Source of the DNA: Steroidobacteraceae bacterium
GTDB lineage: Bacteria; Pseudomonadota; Gammaproteobacteria; Steroidobacterales; Steroidobacteraceae
NCBI GenBank assembly: GCA_036397615.1
Contig: DASWIQ010000118.1
Coordinates: forward strand, 107,012 to 171,011
DNA length: 64,000 bases
Reading direction: 5' to 3'
The stretch's first letter is position 1, and every line of letters starts with the position of its first letter. The notes beneath the pieces were generated by a model. It was given only the letters and a program-made list of their open reading frames with translations. It was not told the DNA's origin and did no database searches. Shown piece after piece: positions 54,758 through 63,990 of the stretch. Made by a program: the position numbers and the translations under genes.

Positions 54758-56697
54758 TATTCGATCACCGGCAACTCGATTGAGGACGCCTGCTCCGCCG
54801 TGCGCCAGATCCGCTGCGTCGCCTTGATGTAACTTTCCCGCGGCGCAAACATGATGTTCGGCACATACGACTGCGGATTCCGGTCATACAGCGGGAACCA
54901 GCTCGACTGAATCTGGACCATGATGCGGTGGCCGGGAAGGAATGTGTGATTCGCCTGCGGCAGGCGGATCCGGTACTCGAGCACCGCGCCGGGCATCAGC
55001 GCTTTCGGAGTCGTAAAGTCCTCGCGATAACGGCCGCGGAAGATATCCGCCGAGATCATCTGCTGGTAGCCGCCCAACTTCGGATTGTTCGGGTACTCGT
55101 CCGGCCAAACGTCGATGATCTTGACCACCCAATCGGAATCGCTGCCGCTCGTCGACGCGAACAATCTCGCATGAGGTTCGCCGGCGACGCGAACCGGATT
55201 CGTCAGCGGCTCAGTGGAGTATACGAGCACGTCGGGCCGTGAGGCCGCCTGTCGCTGGTCGTCCATCAGCCAGTCACTCCAGGTCGATTCCGTGGCGCTC
55301 GATTCGAGTGTCGGACGCAACCGGTAAGGCACAGGCTTCGCGGGATCGGAAACGTACTCGTCGAAGGCGGCGCGTCTCACGGCCGGAGAATCGAATCCGA
55401 GTTTCCCGTCCGCGAGCAGATAGAGATTGCGCGCCTTTTCGCCGCAGCCCGATGCGCAGGAGCGCGGCCAACGGTCATACCGCTGCCACTGATCGGCGCC
55501 GGTTTCATACGCCAGCACGCGCGGAGTGTCCGGCTTTGGAGCGTCCTTGAGGTAGTAGTCCAGAAATGGCTGCATCACCGTGCGGCGAAACCAGCCCGCG
55601 GTGTCGCCCTCGAACTGGACCATGCCGATGCCGCGGCCCTCGCGCCGTCCCTGGCCGTGATTCCAGGGGCCGAGCACAAGATGCACCATTTTGCCTTCGG
55701 GATCCTTGGGGGCGAGCGCCTTGTAAAGGGCGGGCGCGCCGTAAATATCCTCCTGATCGAAGAGCCCGCCGACGATCATCATCGGCACGGTGAGCGGCTC
55801 CCGCGCGAGCAGCTTGTCGACCGCCTGTTCCTGCCAGAACAGGTCGTAATTCGGGTGCTCTGCGAGCGCCCGCCAGAATTCGAGCTGATCGAGTCCGCGC
55901 GACGCGGCGAGTTGACCCGCCGATCCCGCCTTCAGGTAGAGCTCAAACGTATCGTAAGTGCCGGTCCACCATTTTTCTTCGTTCTTGCGCGAGGCTTCCT
56001 GTTCGTAGGTGTAGTCGAGCGCTCCGTCCTGGCGGAATGCGCCGTTATGGAACCAGTCGTCGCCCATCCAGCCGTCGACCATCGGCGCGAATGGCACGGC
56101 GACCTTGAGCGCCGGATGCGGCCGCACGGTGGACATCAGCGTCGTGTAACCCTCGTAGGAGCCGCCGATCGTGCCAACGCGGCCGTTGCTTTCGGGGACA
56201 TTCCTGATCAGCCATTCGATCGTGTCGTAGCAATCCGTGGCGTGATCGGTGTCGGTCGTGTTGAGCGGGCCGCGCAGCGGCCGCGTCATGACGTAATCGC
56301 CTTCCGAACCGTATTTTCCTCGCACGTCCTGGTACACGATGATGTAGCCGGCCGCAGCCGAGGTGTCGTTCATCTGCGGCACAACCGACAGGAGACGCGG
56401 ACTCTGAAATCTCGCCACGCGATTGGACGCGTTGTAAGGCGTGCGCGTCAGCAGGATCGGCGCCTGCTTCGCGCCCTTCGGCACGAGAATGAATGTCTTG
56501 AGCCTCACGCCGTCGCGCATCGGAATCATCTCCTCGCGCTTGACGAAGTCGAACTCGTCGGTCTTCGGCTTGAACGCCGCGGGCGTCTGGCTTTGCGGGA
56601 GCCGCGTAGCCTCCTGGGCCACCGCGCCAGTGCAACAGATCAGAAGTCCGAGCGCCAGAAACCGGACCATCGGTCCACGAATCAAAACGATCGACAT
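54757..56697 (-). CDS. CocE/NonD family hydrolase (X-Pro dipeptidyl-peptidase S15-like), secreted
   Basis: MRDGVRLKT, LTRTPYN, VYQDVRGKYGSEG, nucleophile region GTIGGSYEGY, and a C-terminal beta-sandwich. The ATG at 56697 is preceded by AGGAGG; the longer ORF start would cover the upstream terminator. Confidence 0.88.
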   Translation of the reverse strand: MSIVLIRGPMVRFLALGLLICCTGAVAQEATRLPQSQTPAAFKPKTDEFDFVKREEMIPMRDGVRLKTFILVPKGAKQAPILLTRTPYNASNRVARFQSPRLLSVVPQMNDTSAAAGYIIVYQDVRGKYGSEGDYVMTRPLRGPLNTTDTDHATDCYDTIEWLIRNVPESNGRVGTIGGSYEGYTTLMSTVRPHPALKVAVPFAPMVDGWMGDDWFHNGAFRQDGALDYTYEQEASRKNEEKWWTGTYDTFELYLKAGSAGQLAASRGLDQLEFWRALAEHPNYDLFWQEQAVDKLLAREPLTVPMMIVGGLFDQEDIYGAPALYKALAPKDPEGKMVHLVLGPWNHGQGRREGRGIGMVQFEGDTAGWFRRTVMQPFLDYYLKDAPKPDTPRVLAYETGADQWQRYDRWPRSCASGCGEKARNLYLLADGKLGFDSPAVRRAAFDEYVSDPAKPVPYRLRPTLESSATESTWSDWLMDDQRQAASRPDVLVYSTEPLTNPVRVAGEPHARLFASTSGSDSDWVVKIIDVWPDEYPNNPKLGGYQQMISADIFRGRYREDFTTPKALMPGAVLEYRIRLPQANHTFLPGHRIMVQIQSSWFPLYDRNPQSYVPNIMFAPRESYIKATQRIWRTAEQASSIELPVIE

Positions 56698-56720
56698 GCG
56701 GCTCCTCCTGAACAGGCACC

Positions 56721-56746
56721 AAAAAACGGGGCCCAATGGCCCCGTT
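56721..56746 (-). terminator. Rho-independent terminator of the GST gene
   Basis: AACGGGGCC-caat-GGCCCCGTT. On the minus strand this is followed by a T-run (the complement of AAAAAA at 56721-56726). Confidence 0.65.
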
Positions 56747-56772
56747 CTTTGACGCCTCGATGAGCCGATAGT

Positions 56773-57396
56773 TTACGCGGCCTTGTCCTCCGGAATCAGC
56801 CCCTCCGCGCGCATCGCCTGCAAAGTGGACTTGCGGCTGCCGACACGCTTCTGGAAGGCCTGAATGTTCGGGAACTCGCCGAGATCGAATTTCACGATCT
56901 GGGCCCAGTTAGTGACGACGAAGAGATAGGCGTCCGCCACGGTGAACTGTTCGCCGAATAGGTGTTTCCGGCCCGCCAGGCGCTTTTCCAGCAGCGCGTA
57001 GCGCCTGTGCAAGTAGGCAAGCCGTTCCTCGCGCACGGCCGGCAGGACGTCCGGATTGAACAGCGGCGAATAAGTCTTGTGGATCTCGGACGTAATGTAG
57101 TTGAGCATCTCCTGCAGACGCGTGCGTTCGAACGTGCCGTTGGCGGGCGCCAGCGCCGCTGCCGGCTTCTGGTCGGCGAGGTATTGAACGATGGCCGGGC
57201 CTTCCGTCAGCACTTCGCCATTGTCCAGTTGGAGCGCCGGCACGTAGCCCTTGGGATTGATGGCCCAGAAATCGCCTTCGTCGCGGATCGACTTCGTTTT
57301 CGTATCCACCTTGACGAGTTCGAGCGGGATTCCCGCCTCGGTCGCGACGATGTGGGGCGAGAGCGAGCAGGCGCCGGGTGAGTAGTAAAGCTTCAT
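56773..57396 (-). CDS. glutathione S-transferase (beta-class, GstA-like)
   Basis: MKLYYSPGACSLSPHI, NPKGYVPAL, LTEGPAIVQYL, FTVADAYLFVV. Confidence 0.9.
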   Translation of the reverse strand: MKLYYSPGACSLSPHIVATEAGIPLELVKVDTKTKSIRDEGDFWAINPKGYVPALQLDNGEVLTEGPAIVQYLADQKPAAALAPANGTFERTRLQEMLNYITSEIHKTYSPLFNPDVLPAVREERLAYLHRRYALLEKRLAGRKHLFGEQFTVADAYLFVVTNWAQIVKFDLGEFPNIQAFQKRVGSRKSTLQAMRAEGLIPEDKAA

Positions 57397-57439
57397 GCAT
57401 GCCTCCTTGTGTGGTGTGGAGGCAAATTAGCAGTTCTTA

Positions 57440-57472
57440 CTTACCTTTGTATAGTATATATATTCCGGTAAG
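57440..57472. promoter_or_regulatory. inverted repeat CTTACC-N21-GGTAAG around an AT-rich core (TATAGTATATATAT) in the gst/hxlR divergent region
   Basis: Seen directly in the sequence. It is the only strongly AT-rich stretch between the two start codons (57396 and 57518). Confidence 0.35.
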
Positions 57473-57517
57473 CCGCAAAATCAACTATCCTGACGGTAAC
57501 CGGTCCGGAGTCCGCGA

Positions 57518-57907
57518 ATGGCGCTGAAAGTCCGCAGGAGCAAGGCACCCCCGCCGCCGCCCGGCTGTCCGATGGCGGCCTGCATGGCGGTGCTCGGCGG
57601 GGCCTGGACGCCGAGCCTGATCTGGAAGCTGTCGGGCGATCCGAGACGCTTCGGCGAGCTTCAGCGGGACATTCCCGGGATCTCACCCAAGATGCTGACG
57701 ACCCGACTGCGGGAGCTCGAGGAAAAGGGCGTGGTCATACGCGAGGTCGTGCCCTCCTCGCCGCCCTCCGTCGAATATTCGCTCTCGGAGCTCGGGCGCG
57801 AGCTCGTGCCGGTGATCAACACAATCGTCAGGGTGGGGACACGGATCCGCGAAGGCGCCGTTCACCGAGCCACCGCAGCATCGCATCCACCGCCACGTCG
57901 GAATTGA
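57518..57907 (+). CDS. HxlR family transcriptional regulator
   Basis: CPMAACMAVLGGAWTPSLIWKL, RRFGELQRDIPGISPKMLTTRLRELEEKGVV, VEYSLSELG. Confidence 0.88.
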   Translation: MALKVRRSKAPPPPPGCPMAACMAVLGGAWTPSLIWKLSGDPRRFGELQRDIPGISPKMLTTRLRELEEKGVVIREVVPSSPPSVEYSLSELGRELVPVINTIVRVGTRIREGAVHRATAASHPPPRRN

Positions 57908-58934
57908 CGACACCGCCTTCGCCGCGAAACGCGGCCGCCGCATCCTTGAAGCGCTCGAAGTGATGATCGGTCGCTGCGATCTGCACGTACTCGCCGCGAC
58001 CTGCACCGCGACGGTTGGCGATGTCGGCGACGAGCCGATGCGCGGCGGCGTCTTCGAACCAGTCGTACTCGCCGTATAACGCGAGCACGGGCGCATCGAC
58101 CCGCTCCCAGGCAGCGGCCCAGTCCTGCGCGGCGGCCTGCTGGTGAAACGCGAGCGGCCGTCCGTATTGCGTGCCTTCCCCGGTCCCGGTGATCGTGGCC
58201 CAGACCCCGGCAAGCGCAGGCTGTTCGCGCGCGATCGTCACCGGGTCCTTGCGATCGAGCAGGTACGCCACCAGGAAGCGGCTGAGCGAACGCATGTAGC
58301 CATCGAGTCCTGCGGCCGGAATGGCGCCGAATTCCTTCGCGCGGCGCTCGAAGCCGAGCGTCCGCTCGAACCAGCTCTTGGCGCCGCCTCCCCAGATCAT
58401 GACGCCCGCCAGTTTTTCGCCGGCTGCCACGAGTGGCGCGTAGTTGCCGCCCATGCTTGCGCCGAAAACGACGATTCGCTCCGGATCAACGTGCGAAGAT
58501 CGCCTCAGCGCCGCGAGCGCAGCGCGATGGTGCGCGAGTTCGGTTGCGTAATCGAGCGCCGCGCAGGTCCCGCCCTCGCTGTCCCCTACGCCGGCCTTTT
58601 CGGTCCGCATCATGACCATGCCGGAATCCTGCGCGAGGCGGCGGAGCATGCGGCTCCATCCGTCCTGCTGCTTCGCAGGCAATTCGATGCTGTCGCAGGA
58701 CAGCCATTGCAGGAACAGGATGGCCGGCAGGCGGCCGCTCGTGCCGGCCGGCCGCGTCAGGATGGTGCGAAGACGCACGCCGTCAGTCGCCCGTAGCACG
58801 CCGTAAAGGCTGTCGATCCCTGCGATCTCCTCGAGCGGGCGATTCTCGCGCCGCGGAAGCTCGCCCGTGATCGTCGATTCGGCGGCCGCGGCGAGCGGCA
58901 GGCAGCAAGCGAGAGCGAGCCACAGAAACGTCAT
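57828..58934 (-). CDS. secreted alpha/beta hydrolase (dienelactone hydrolase / S9-like)
   Basis: Signal peptide MTFLWLALACCLPLAAAA and GxSxG elbow (VFGASMGG). ATGA overlap with the upstream MBL gene stop. Confidence 0.8.
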   Translation of the reverse strand: MTFLWLALACCLPLAAAAESTITGELPRRENRPLEEIAGIDSLYGVLRATDGVRLRTILTRPAGTSGRLPAILFLQWLSCDSIELPAKQQDGWSRMLRRLAQDSGMVMMRTEKAGVGDSEGGTCAALDYATELAHHRAALAALRRSSHVDPERIVVFGASMGGNYAPLVAAGEKLAGVMIWGGGAKSWFERTLGFERRAKEFGAIPAAGLDGYMRSLSRFLVAYLLDRKDPVTIAREQPALAGVWATITGTGEGTQYGRPLAFHQQAAAQDWAAAWERVDAPVLALYGEYDWFEDAAAHRLVADIANRRGAGRGEYVQIAATDHHFERFKDAAAAFRGEGGVVNSDVAVDAMLRWLGERRLRGSVSPP

Positions 58935-60064
58935 TTTTCCTTCTCCTCGTACTTACGGCGTATTTCGAGACCGCGGCGCAGGTGGTCGATCGTGACCGGA
59001 ACGCCGTGCATCGGAACGAATCGCTCGACATCGAGATTGAACTCGCCGATCCGCTCCGCCATGACGACCGCGTCGATGCCCGCGATGACGAGTTCCGGCG
59101 TCAGCACGTCGAAAATATCAGCGACGTGCAGTAGCTTCTGTCGCGGGAAATAGGCAACCAGGAGCTGCGTCACGTGCGGCGTGGGCCCGAAGTCATAGAT
59201 TTCGACACGCTGGCTGCCGTCCTCGAGCACCGTTTTCCGGCCCGCGACGTCGATCGTGGCCGCGCGCGGCGCGCGCGAATACTCGTCGGGGCGCATCGCC
59301 TGGGTGCTCGCAAGCGAGCGTTCGATGACGACTCGCGCGTCCGCGGTCGTCACGATCGGAACGCCGCGGGCGACGGCGGTGCGGACGCCGCCGATATGAT
59401 CGAAATGGAAATGCGTCGAGACGAGCCGCACGGGATTGCCGGGCACCGTCGCCGCGTCGAAATAGAGGCAGATCTGCGTGCCCTGGCTGTCGGCAAAGGC
59501 GATCGCCTCCAGTCGCGTGCCACCCTCGACGACCGGCCCGAGCCAGAGCAGGGTTTCCACGCGGTCGAGTGCCATCCGGAGCAGTCCCTCCGGAAAGCGC
59601 CTAAAGCGCCGCAGCCGCTCCGATTCCCGCGATCCGGCGGCGTGCTCCGTGAAGAACGGCCGTTCGTGCACATAGGCGATGGACTGGAATGCGCGGGCCG
59701 GCGTCCCGGATTCCACGACGACGGCGTAGTCGCTCGGCGCATCGGCATAGCGGATCGACTCGTAGTAACGGTTGCCCGCGTAATCGAGAAAGCTCAGCGC
59801 TTCGGAGTCGTCGAAACCGCGATGCGGCGGCAGGGCCTGGATCGCCGGCGTTCCGGTCCAGGGCCGCTCACCCTGGCCGACGTCCACCCAGTCTTCGAGA
59901 TAATCGCGACGGACGCTTTGTAATCCGCGCAGCGCCATTTCGCCACCGATTGCCTGAACTGCGGCCGCCAGGACACGCTGTGCCTCGACCTGCGAGTCGA
60001 GGCTCGTCGCCGGGCCCGACGCGGGGGCGACAAGCAGGAGAAAAACGATGAGTAATCGGTGCAC
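58931..60064 (-). CDS. secreted MBL-fold metallo-hydrolase-like protein
   Basis: Signal peptide MHRLLIVFLLLVAPASG and HxHxDH motif (STHFHFDHIGG). The N-terminal ~210 aa are of unrecognised fold. Confidence 0.75.
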   Translation of the reverse strand: MHRLLIVFLLLVAPASGPATSLDSQVEAQRVLAAAVQAIGGEMALRGLQSVRRDYLEDWVDVGQGERPWTGTPAIQALPPHRGFDDSEALSFLDYAGNRYYESIRYADAPSDYAVVVESGTPARAFQSIAYVHERPFFTEHAAGSRESERLRRFRRFPEGLLRMALDRVETLLWLGPVVEGGTRLEAIAFADSQGTQICLYFDAATVPGNPVRLVSTHFHFDHIGGVRTAVARGVPIVTTADARVVIERSLASTQAMRPDEYSRAPRAATIDVAGRKTVLEDGSQRVEIYDFGPTPHVTQLLVAYFPRQKLLHVADIFDVLTPELVIAGIDAVVMAERIGEFNLDVERFVPMHGVPVTIDHLRRGLEIRRKYEEKEK

Positions 60065-60156
60065 ACGCGCCGATCATGAATCGGCGGCATGCGAAGTTCT
60101 TGCCGGACAGCCGACAAAAGCTGGCCGATTTCGAAATCGGCCACCCGTTCAGCGCG

Positions 60157-61230
60157 TCAACTGTTCCTCTGGTCGCTCTTGCCGCCCCGCCGGAATCGTG
60201 TGGGCGTCATGCCGGTTCGCGCCTTGAAGGCTCGATTGAACGGCCCGATGGAGCCGTAACCGACCTCGAGCGCGATGGACAGCACGGGCAGGCGGGCATC
60301 CTCGGACCGGCGCAGGCGCTCGCAGGCCTCGCGGATCCGGTAGGCGTGCAGGAAATCGTTGAAGTTCCGATAGCCGAGTCCCCGGTTGATGACCCGTCTC
60401 AGGACCTGCTCGCGGGTGCCGAGTCGTTCGGCAAGAGTCCCGATCGCGAGCCTCTCCTCGCGGTACACGTGGCGCTGGTCGAGCTGCTCGCCGAGCGCAG
60501 CCAGGATGCGGCGCTCGAGTGGTGTCAGCTCATCGCCCTTGACGCCCGCGGGCTCGGGGTCGAGCCAGCTCGCGGTGCGCATCTGCACGAGATTCCAGAT
60601 CGCAGCGAGGCCTGCCGTGGTGACCAGCGCCAGATTCGCGATGACGAGGAAACCCGGGGTGTGCGTTTCCAGCATGAGGTTGTAGCCCTGCACGAGGACG
60701 GCTGCCGCCAGGTAGGCCGAGACGCCGGCGACGAAAAGAATGCGCATGCGGCGGCGGCGCTCGACGAGGTCCGCATTCAGCCCCCGATGGGCTTCCGTGA
60801 GCGCCAGGAGCACCAGGACGAGCACCCATAACTCGAATCCCGCGGCCGCGAGCCGTTCCCAATCGCTCGCGAGACCATGCCGTGCCTGCGGATTGAACAG
60901 GAGCTGTTGCCAGACGCCGTAAACCATCGTAATTCCGATGATTGCCGCGTGCCTTGGCTGGACGCGAAAATCGTCGGCGAACAGGCCGCGCGCGAAAAGC
61001 CAGAAGAACGCAGCCTTGGCGACGCAGATCGCCGTCAGTGGATATATCCAGATACCAGGCCAGGACGAGGCGCCGCCTGCGGACGTCACGACGAAGCTCG
61101 CGACTGCGGCGGCGACGAGGGCGCCCAGCCAGGGCGTGTGGTCGCGGCGGCGGGAGCTCAGCATGAGGCCCGCAAGCGTCAGCAGGACCAGGACGGCAGC
61201 CGTTCGCAGAATGATTTCGGGAAACAACAT
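60157..61230 (-). CDS. AraC family transcriptional regulator with N-terminal multi-TM domain
   Basis: About 6 TM helices are followed by an AraC HTH region (IGTLAERLGTREQVLRRVIN, SIALEVGYGSIGPFNRAFKARTGMTPTRFR). Confidence 0.88.
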   Translation of the reverse strand: MLFPEIILRTAAVLVLLTLAGLMLSSRRRDHTPWLGALVAAAVASFVVTSAGGASSWPGIWIYPLTAICVAKAAFFWLFARGLFADDFRVQPRHAAIIGITMVYGVWQQLLFNPQARHGLASDWERLAAAGFELWVLVLVLLALTEAHRGLNADLVERRRRMRILFVAGVSAYLAAAVLVQGYNLMLETHTPGFLVIANLALVTTAGLAAIWNLVQMRTASWLDPEPAGVKGDELTPLERRILAALGEQLDQRHVYREERLAIGTLAERLGTREQVLRRVINRGLGYRNFNDFLHAYRIREACERLRRSEDARLPVLSIALEVGYGSIGPFNRAFKARTGMTPTRFRRGGKSDQRNS

Positions 61231-61271
61231 GCGAATGATTATCCTATGGCGTTGCCGAGGGAGAATAGTTC

Positions 61272-62501
61272 ATGGAATTTGACCTGGATTTCGTCCGGGC
61301 GCAGTTTCCGGCCTTCCGGGAACCGTCGCTCGAGGATTTCGCGCACTTCGAGAATGCCGGCGGCTCCTACGCCTGCCGCCAGACCATCGACTGGCTCGGC
61401 CGCTATTACCGGGAAACCAAGGTCCAGCCTTACTATGCTTTCGCACCGTCCAGGAAAGCGGGCGAGCAGATGGACGCCGCGAAGGAACGCCTGGCGGCCT
61501 GGCTCAATGTCGGCAGAGACGAGCTGCACTTCGGGCCATCGACTTCCCAGAATACCTACGTCATCGCACAGTCGCTGCGGAAATTCCTGAAGCCGGGCGA
61601 CGAAGCGATCGTCACGAACCTGGATCATGAAGCAAATGTCGGCGCCTGGAGCCGGCTCGCAGACGATGGCATCGTCGTGCGCGAATGGAAAGTCGATCCG
61701 AAGACCGCGGACCTGAACCGGAAGGATCTCGAAACCCTCCTCGGTCCGCGCACGAAACTTGTCGCGTTCACGCATTGTTCGAACGTGGTCGGGAGCATCA
61801 ATGCAGTTCGGGAATTCACGGATCTTACCCACGAGGCCGGCGCCTGGGCATTCGTCGACGGTGTCGCGTTCTGCCCCCACGGCATGCCGGACATCAAGGA
61901 CCTGGGCGCGGACGCGTATTTCTTTTCCCTATATAAAGTGTACGGCCCCCACCTCGGCGTCATGTTCCTGCGACGCGAGGTCAATGCCGCGCTCCCGAAC
62001 CAGGGCCACTTCTTCAACGACGGCAAGCCGGGCGCGCGGTTCACGCCGGCCGGACCGGATCACGCGCAGATTGCGTCGGTCAACGGCGTCATGGATTACA
62101 TGGACGCCGTCGCCGACCGGCACGGACAGAAAGGCAAGCCGGTTCAGACGCGTGCGCAGGCGGTGCGCGATCTTTTCCGGAACCACGAATCCGAGTTGCT
62201 CCAGCCTCTGCTGGATTTTCTTTCCAACCATCCCAAAGTGCGGCTGATCGGCCGCAGCCGTGCAGGCGGTCGCGCGCCGACGGTTGCCTTCACGGTCGAA
62301 GGCAGGAGCTCCGCCGAAATCGCAGGCAAGCTTGCGGCCGCGAAGCTCGGCGTGGGCGTCGGGAATTTCTATGCGTATCGCCTCATCAAGTCGCTCGGCA
62401 TCGACACGGAAGACGGGGCCGTGCGCGCATCGTTCGTCCATTACACGTCGAAGGAAGAAATGGGCCGGCTGATCGAGGAGATTGGCCGTTGCTTGAACTA
62501 G
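61272..62501 (+). CDS. aminotransferase class V-fold PLP-dependent enzyme (cysteine desulfurase / selenocysteine lyase-like)
   Basis: NAGGSY, NLDHEANV, AFTHCSNVVGSIN, the PLP-Lys region FFSLYKVYGPHLG, and the C-terminal segment ASFVHYTSKEE. Confidence 0.85.
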   Translation: MEFDLDFVRAQFPAFREPSLEDFAHFENAGGSYACRQTIDWLGRYYRETKVQPYYAFAPSRKAGEQMDAAKERLAAWLNVGRDELHFGPSTSQNTYVIAQSLRKFLKPGDEAIVTNLDHEANVGAWSRLADDGIVVREWKVDPKTADLNRKDLETLLGPRTKLVAFTHCSNVVGSINAVREFTDLTHEAGAWAFVDGVAFCPHGMPDIKDLGADAYFFSLYKVYGPHLGVMFLRREVNAALPNQGHFFNDGKPGARFTPAGPDHAQIASVNGVMDYMDAVADRHGQKGKPVQTRAQAVRDLFRNHESELLQPLLDFLSNHPKVRLIGRSRAGGRAPTVAFTVEGRSSAEIAGKLAAAKLGVGVGNFYAYRLIKSLGIDTEDGAVRASFVHYTSKEEMGRLIEEIGRCLN

Positions 62502-62571
62502 ACCTGAGGACCCAGGACGGCTCTTTCAGCCGACTCTAGTCGCAACCTGATGCAAGTTCCGGCGAAGTAGC

Positions 62572-63990
62572 TCAGTTCGTGAGTGGCAGGATCCCGAGCT
62601 CGCGCCACATCGCTTCGGGATCGAGCGGGACGCCATCCTTCACGACGAGCCGAAGATTCCGGAGATCGCCCGGATTCACAATGGGATTTCCGTCGACGAG
62701 GATGAGGTCGGCGAGCTTGCCCGGCGCGATCGATCCCAGTCTTTCGCCCTGCCCGGCTCGATTTGCCGCTCCGAGTGTTGCCATCTGGAGCACTTCCGGC
62801 GCCGGGATCCCGGCCGCGACGTACAGTTCCAGCTCGCGCATCAGCGCAAAGCCGCCGAGCGAATCCGTTCCCGCAACGATTGGCACGCCCGCCGCGTGCA
62901 GAGCGGAGAGCATCGAGAGCATCGCGCGGTACGACTCCTCATAGCGGGCTTCCTTGCCCTCCGGAACAGGCAATCCGCCTTCGAGCAAGCCGCGACGCAC
63001 GACCGGTGGCAGCCGCGGGGCGATCGGCGCGTAGGCCCGCGCGACCTGGCCTGGCCGGTCGAGAATCAGATTCTCGAAAAGCTGCAAGGTCGGATCGACC
63101 GTGATCTTCTTCGCCGCGAGGAGCGCAATGAACTCCTTCACCCTGGCCGAATTGAAGTCGAGCTCGGCCGCATGTTCGGCGACCGCTGTCAGCCGTGCCG
63201 GCGTGCGCGTATCCGGCACCTGCTCGAACAGGAAATTAAGAAAAAGCATGTTCATATGCTGGATTTCGTCGAAGCCGGCGCGCACGGCCTGCTCCGCGGT
63301 CATGAAGGCCGGGACGTGGCCGCCGACCCGCATGCCGCGCCGGTGCGCCTCGTCGACGATCGCCGGCACGAGTTCGGGCTTCACGGAGCTGTAGATCTTG
63401 GCGAGCACGAATCCCGCCTCGTCCATCGCGCGCACGGCCGCCCGGGCTTCGTCTTCGGTGTCCACCAGCATTTCGGTCGGCCCCTGGAACGGGCCGGGCC
63501 CGTCAACGATGCCGGCATAGGCGATGCGTGGGCCGAGTGCTTCGCCGTTCTCCCATGGGCGCATGCGCTCGACTTTTTTCGGCTCCGCCGCCATGTCGCG
63601 CACGCCGGTCACGCCGGCCGCGAGCAACAGCAACCCGTCCGCCGCTTCCGGATGACTGTGCATGTCCCATAGACCGGGCAGCAGCGCCCGTCCCGCGGCG
63701 TCGACGCGCAGGGCGGCCTCCGGAATCTCGACTGAACCATCCGCGCCGACGGCGCGAATCGTGTTGCCTTCGATCACGACCGTCGTGCGGGGGTGCATTC
63801 GGCGCGATTCGGCGTCGAAGACATTCGCGTGCTCGATGACGAGCGGGCCCGGCGGCTTGTTGCGCAGGCGCGTGGTCTGCGCGCGGCGCGCGGCGGCCAG
63901 GCGCTCCTCCTGTGCCGCCAGCAGCTCGGGTGCCACCGATTCCCAGCCCTCCGGCACAAGCTGAAACCAGCTTTCGACTTGCCCGAACAT
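62572..63990 (-). CDS. amidohydrolase family protein (imidazolonepropionase/prolidase-like); the N-terminus may continue past the window edge
   Basis: HxH motif (LPGLWDMHSHP), VGGHVP, IVAGTDS, ADLILVDGNP. No in-frame stop lies between 63990 and 64000. Confidence 0.85.
   Translation of the reverse strand: MFGQVESWFQLVPEGWESVAPELLAAQEERLAAARRAQTTRLRNKPPGPLVIEHANVFDAESRRMHPRTTVVIEGNTIRAVGADGSVEIPEAALRVDAAGRALLPGLWDMHSHPEAADGLLLLAAGVTGVRDMAAEPKKVERMRPWENGEALGPRIAYAGIVDGPGPFQGPTEMLVDTEDEARAAVRAMDEAGFVLAKIYSSVKPELVPAIVDEAHRRGMRVGGHVPAFMTAEQAVRAGFDEIQHMNMLFLNFLFEQVPDTRTPARLTAVAEHAAELDFNSARVKEFIALLAAKKITVDPTLQLFENLILDRPGQVARAYAPIAPRLPPVVRRGLLEGGLPVPEGKEARYEESYRAMLSMLSALHAAGVPIVAGTDSLGGFALMRELELYVAAGIPAPEVLQMATLGAANRAGQGERLGSIAPGKLADLILVDGNPIVNPGDLRNLRLVVKDGVPLDPEAMWRELGILPLTN

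Noticed and set aside
57828-57907. 80-nt convergent overlap between the hxlR 3' end and the hydrolase 3' end, as a possible antisense regulatory arrangement
   Set aside because: Both overlapping tails are low-information extensions (…RIREGAVHRATAASHPPPRRN and …ERRLRGSVSPP). This is most simply late stop codons in GC-rich DNA. A similar 30-nt nagE/TRAP permease overlap at 5444-5473 was treated the same way.
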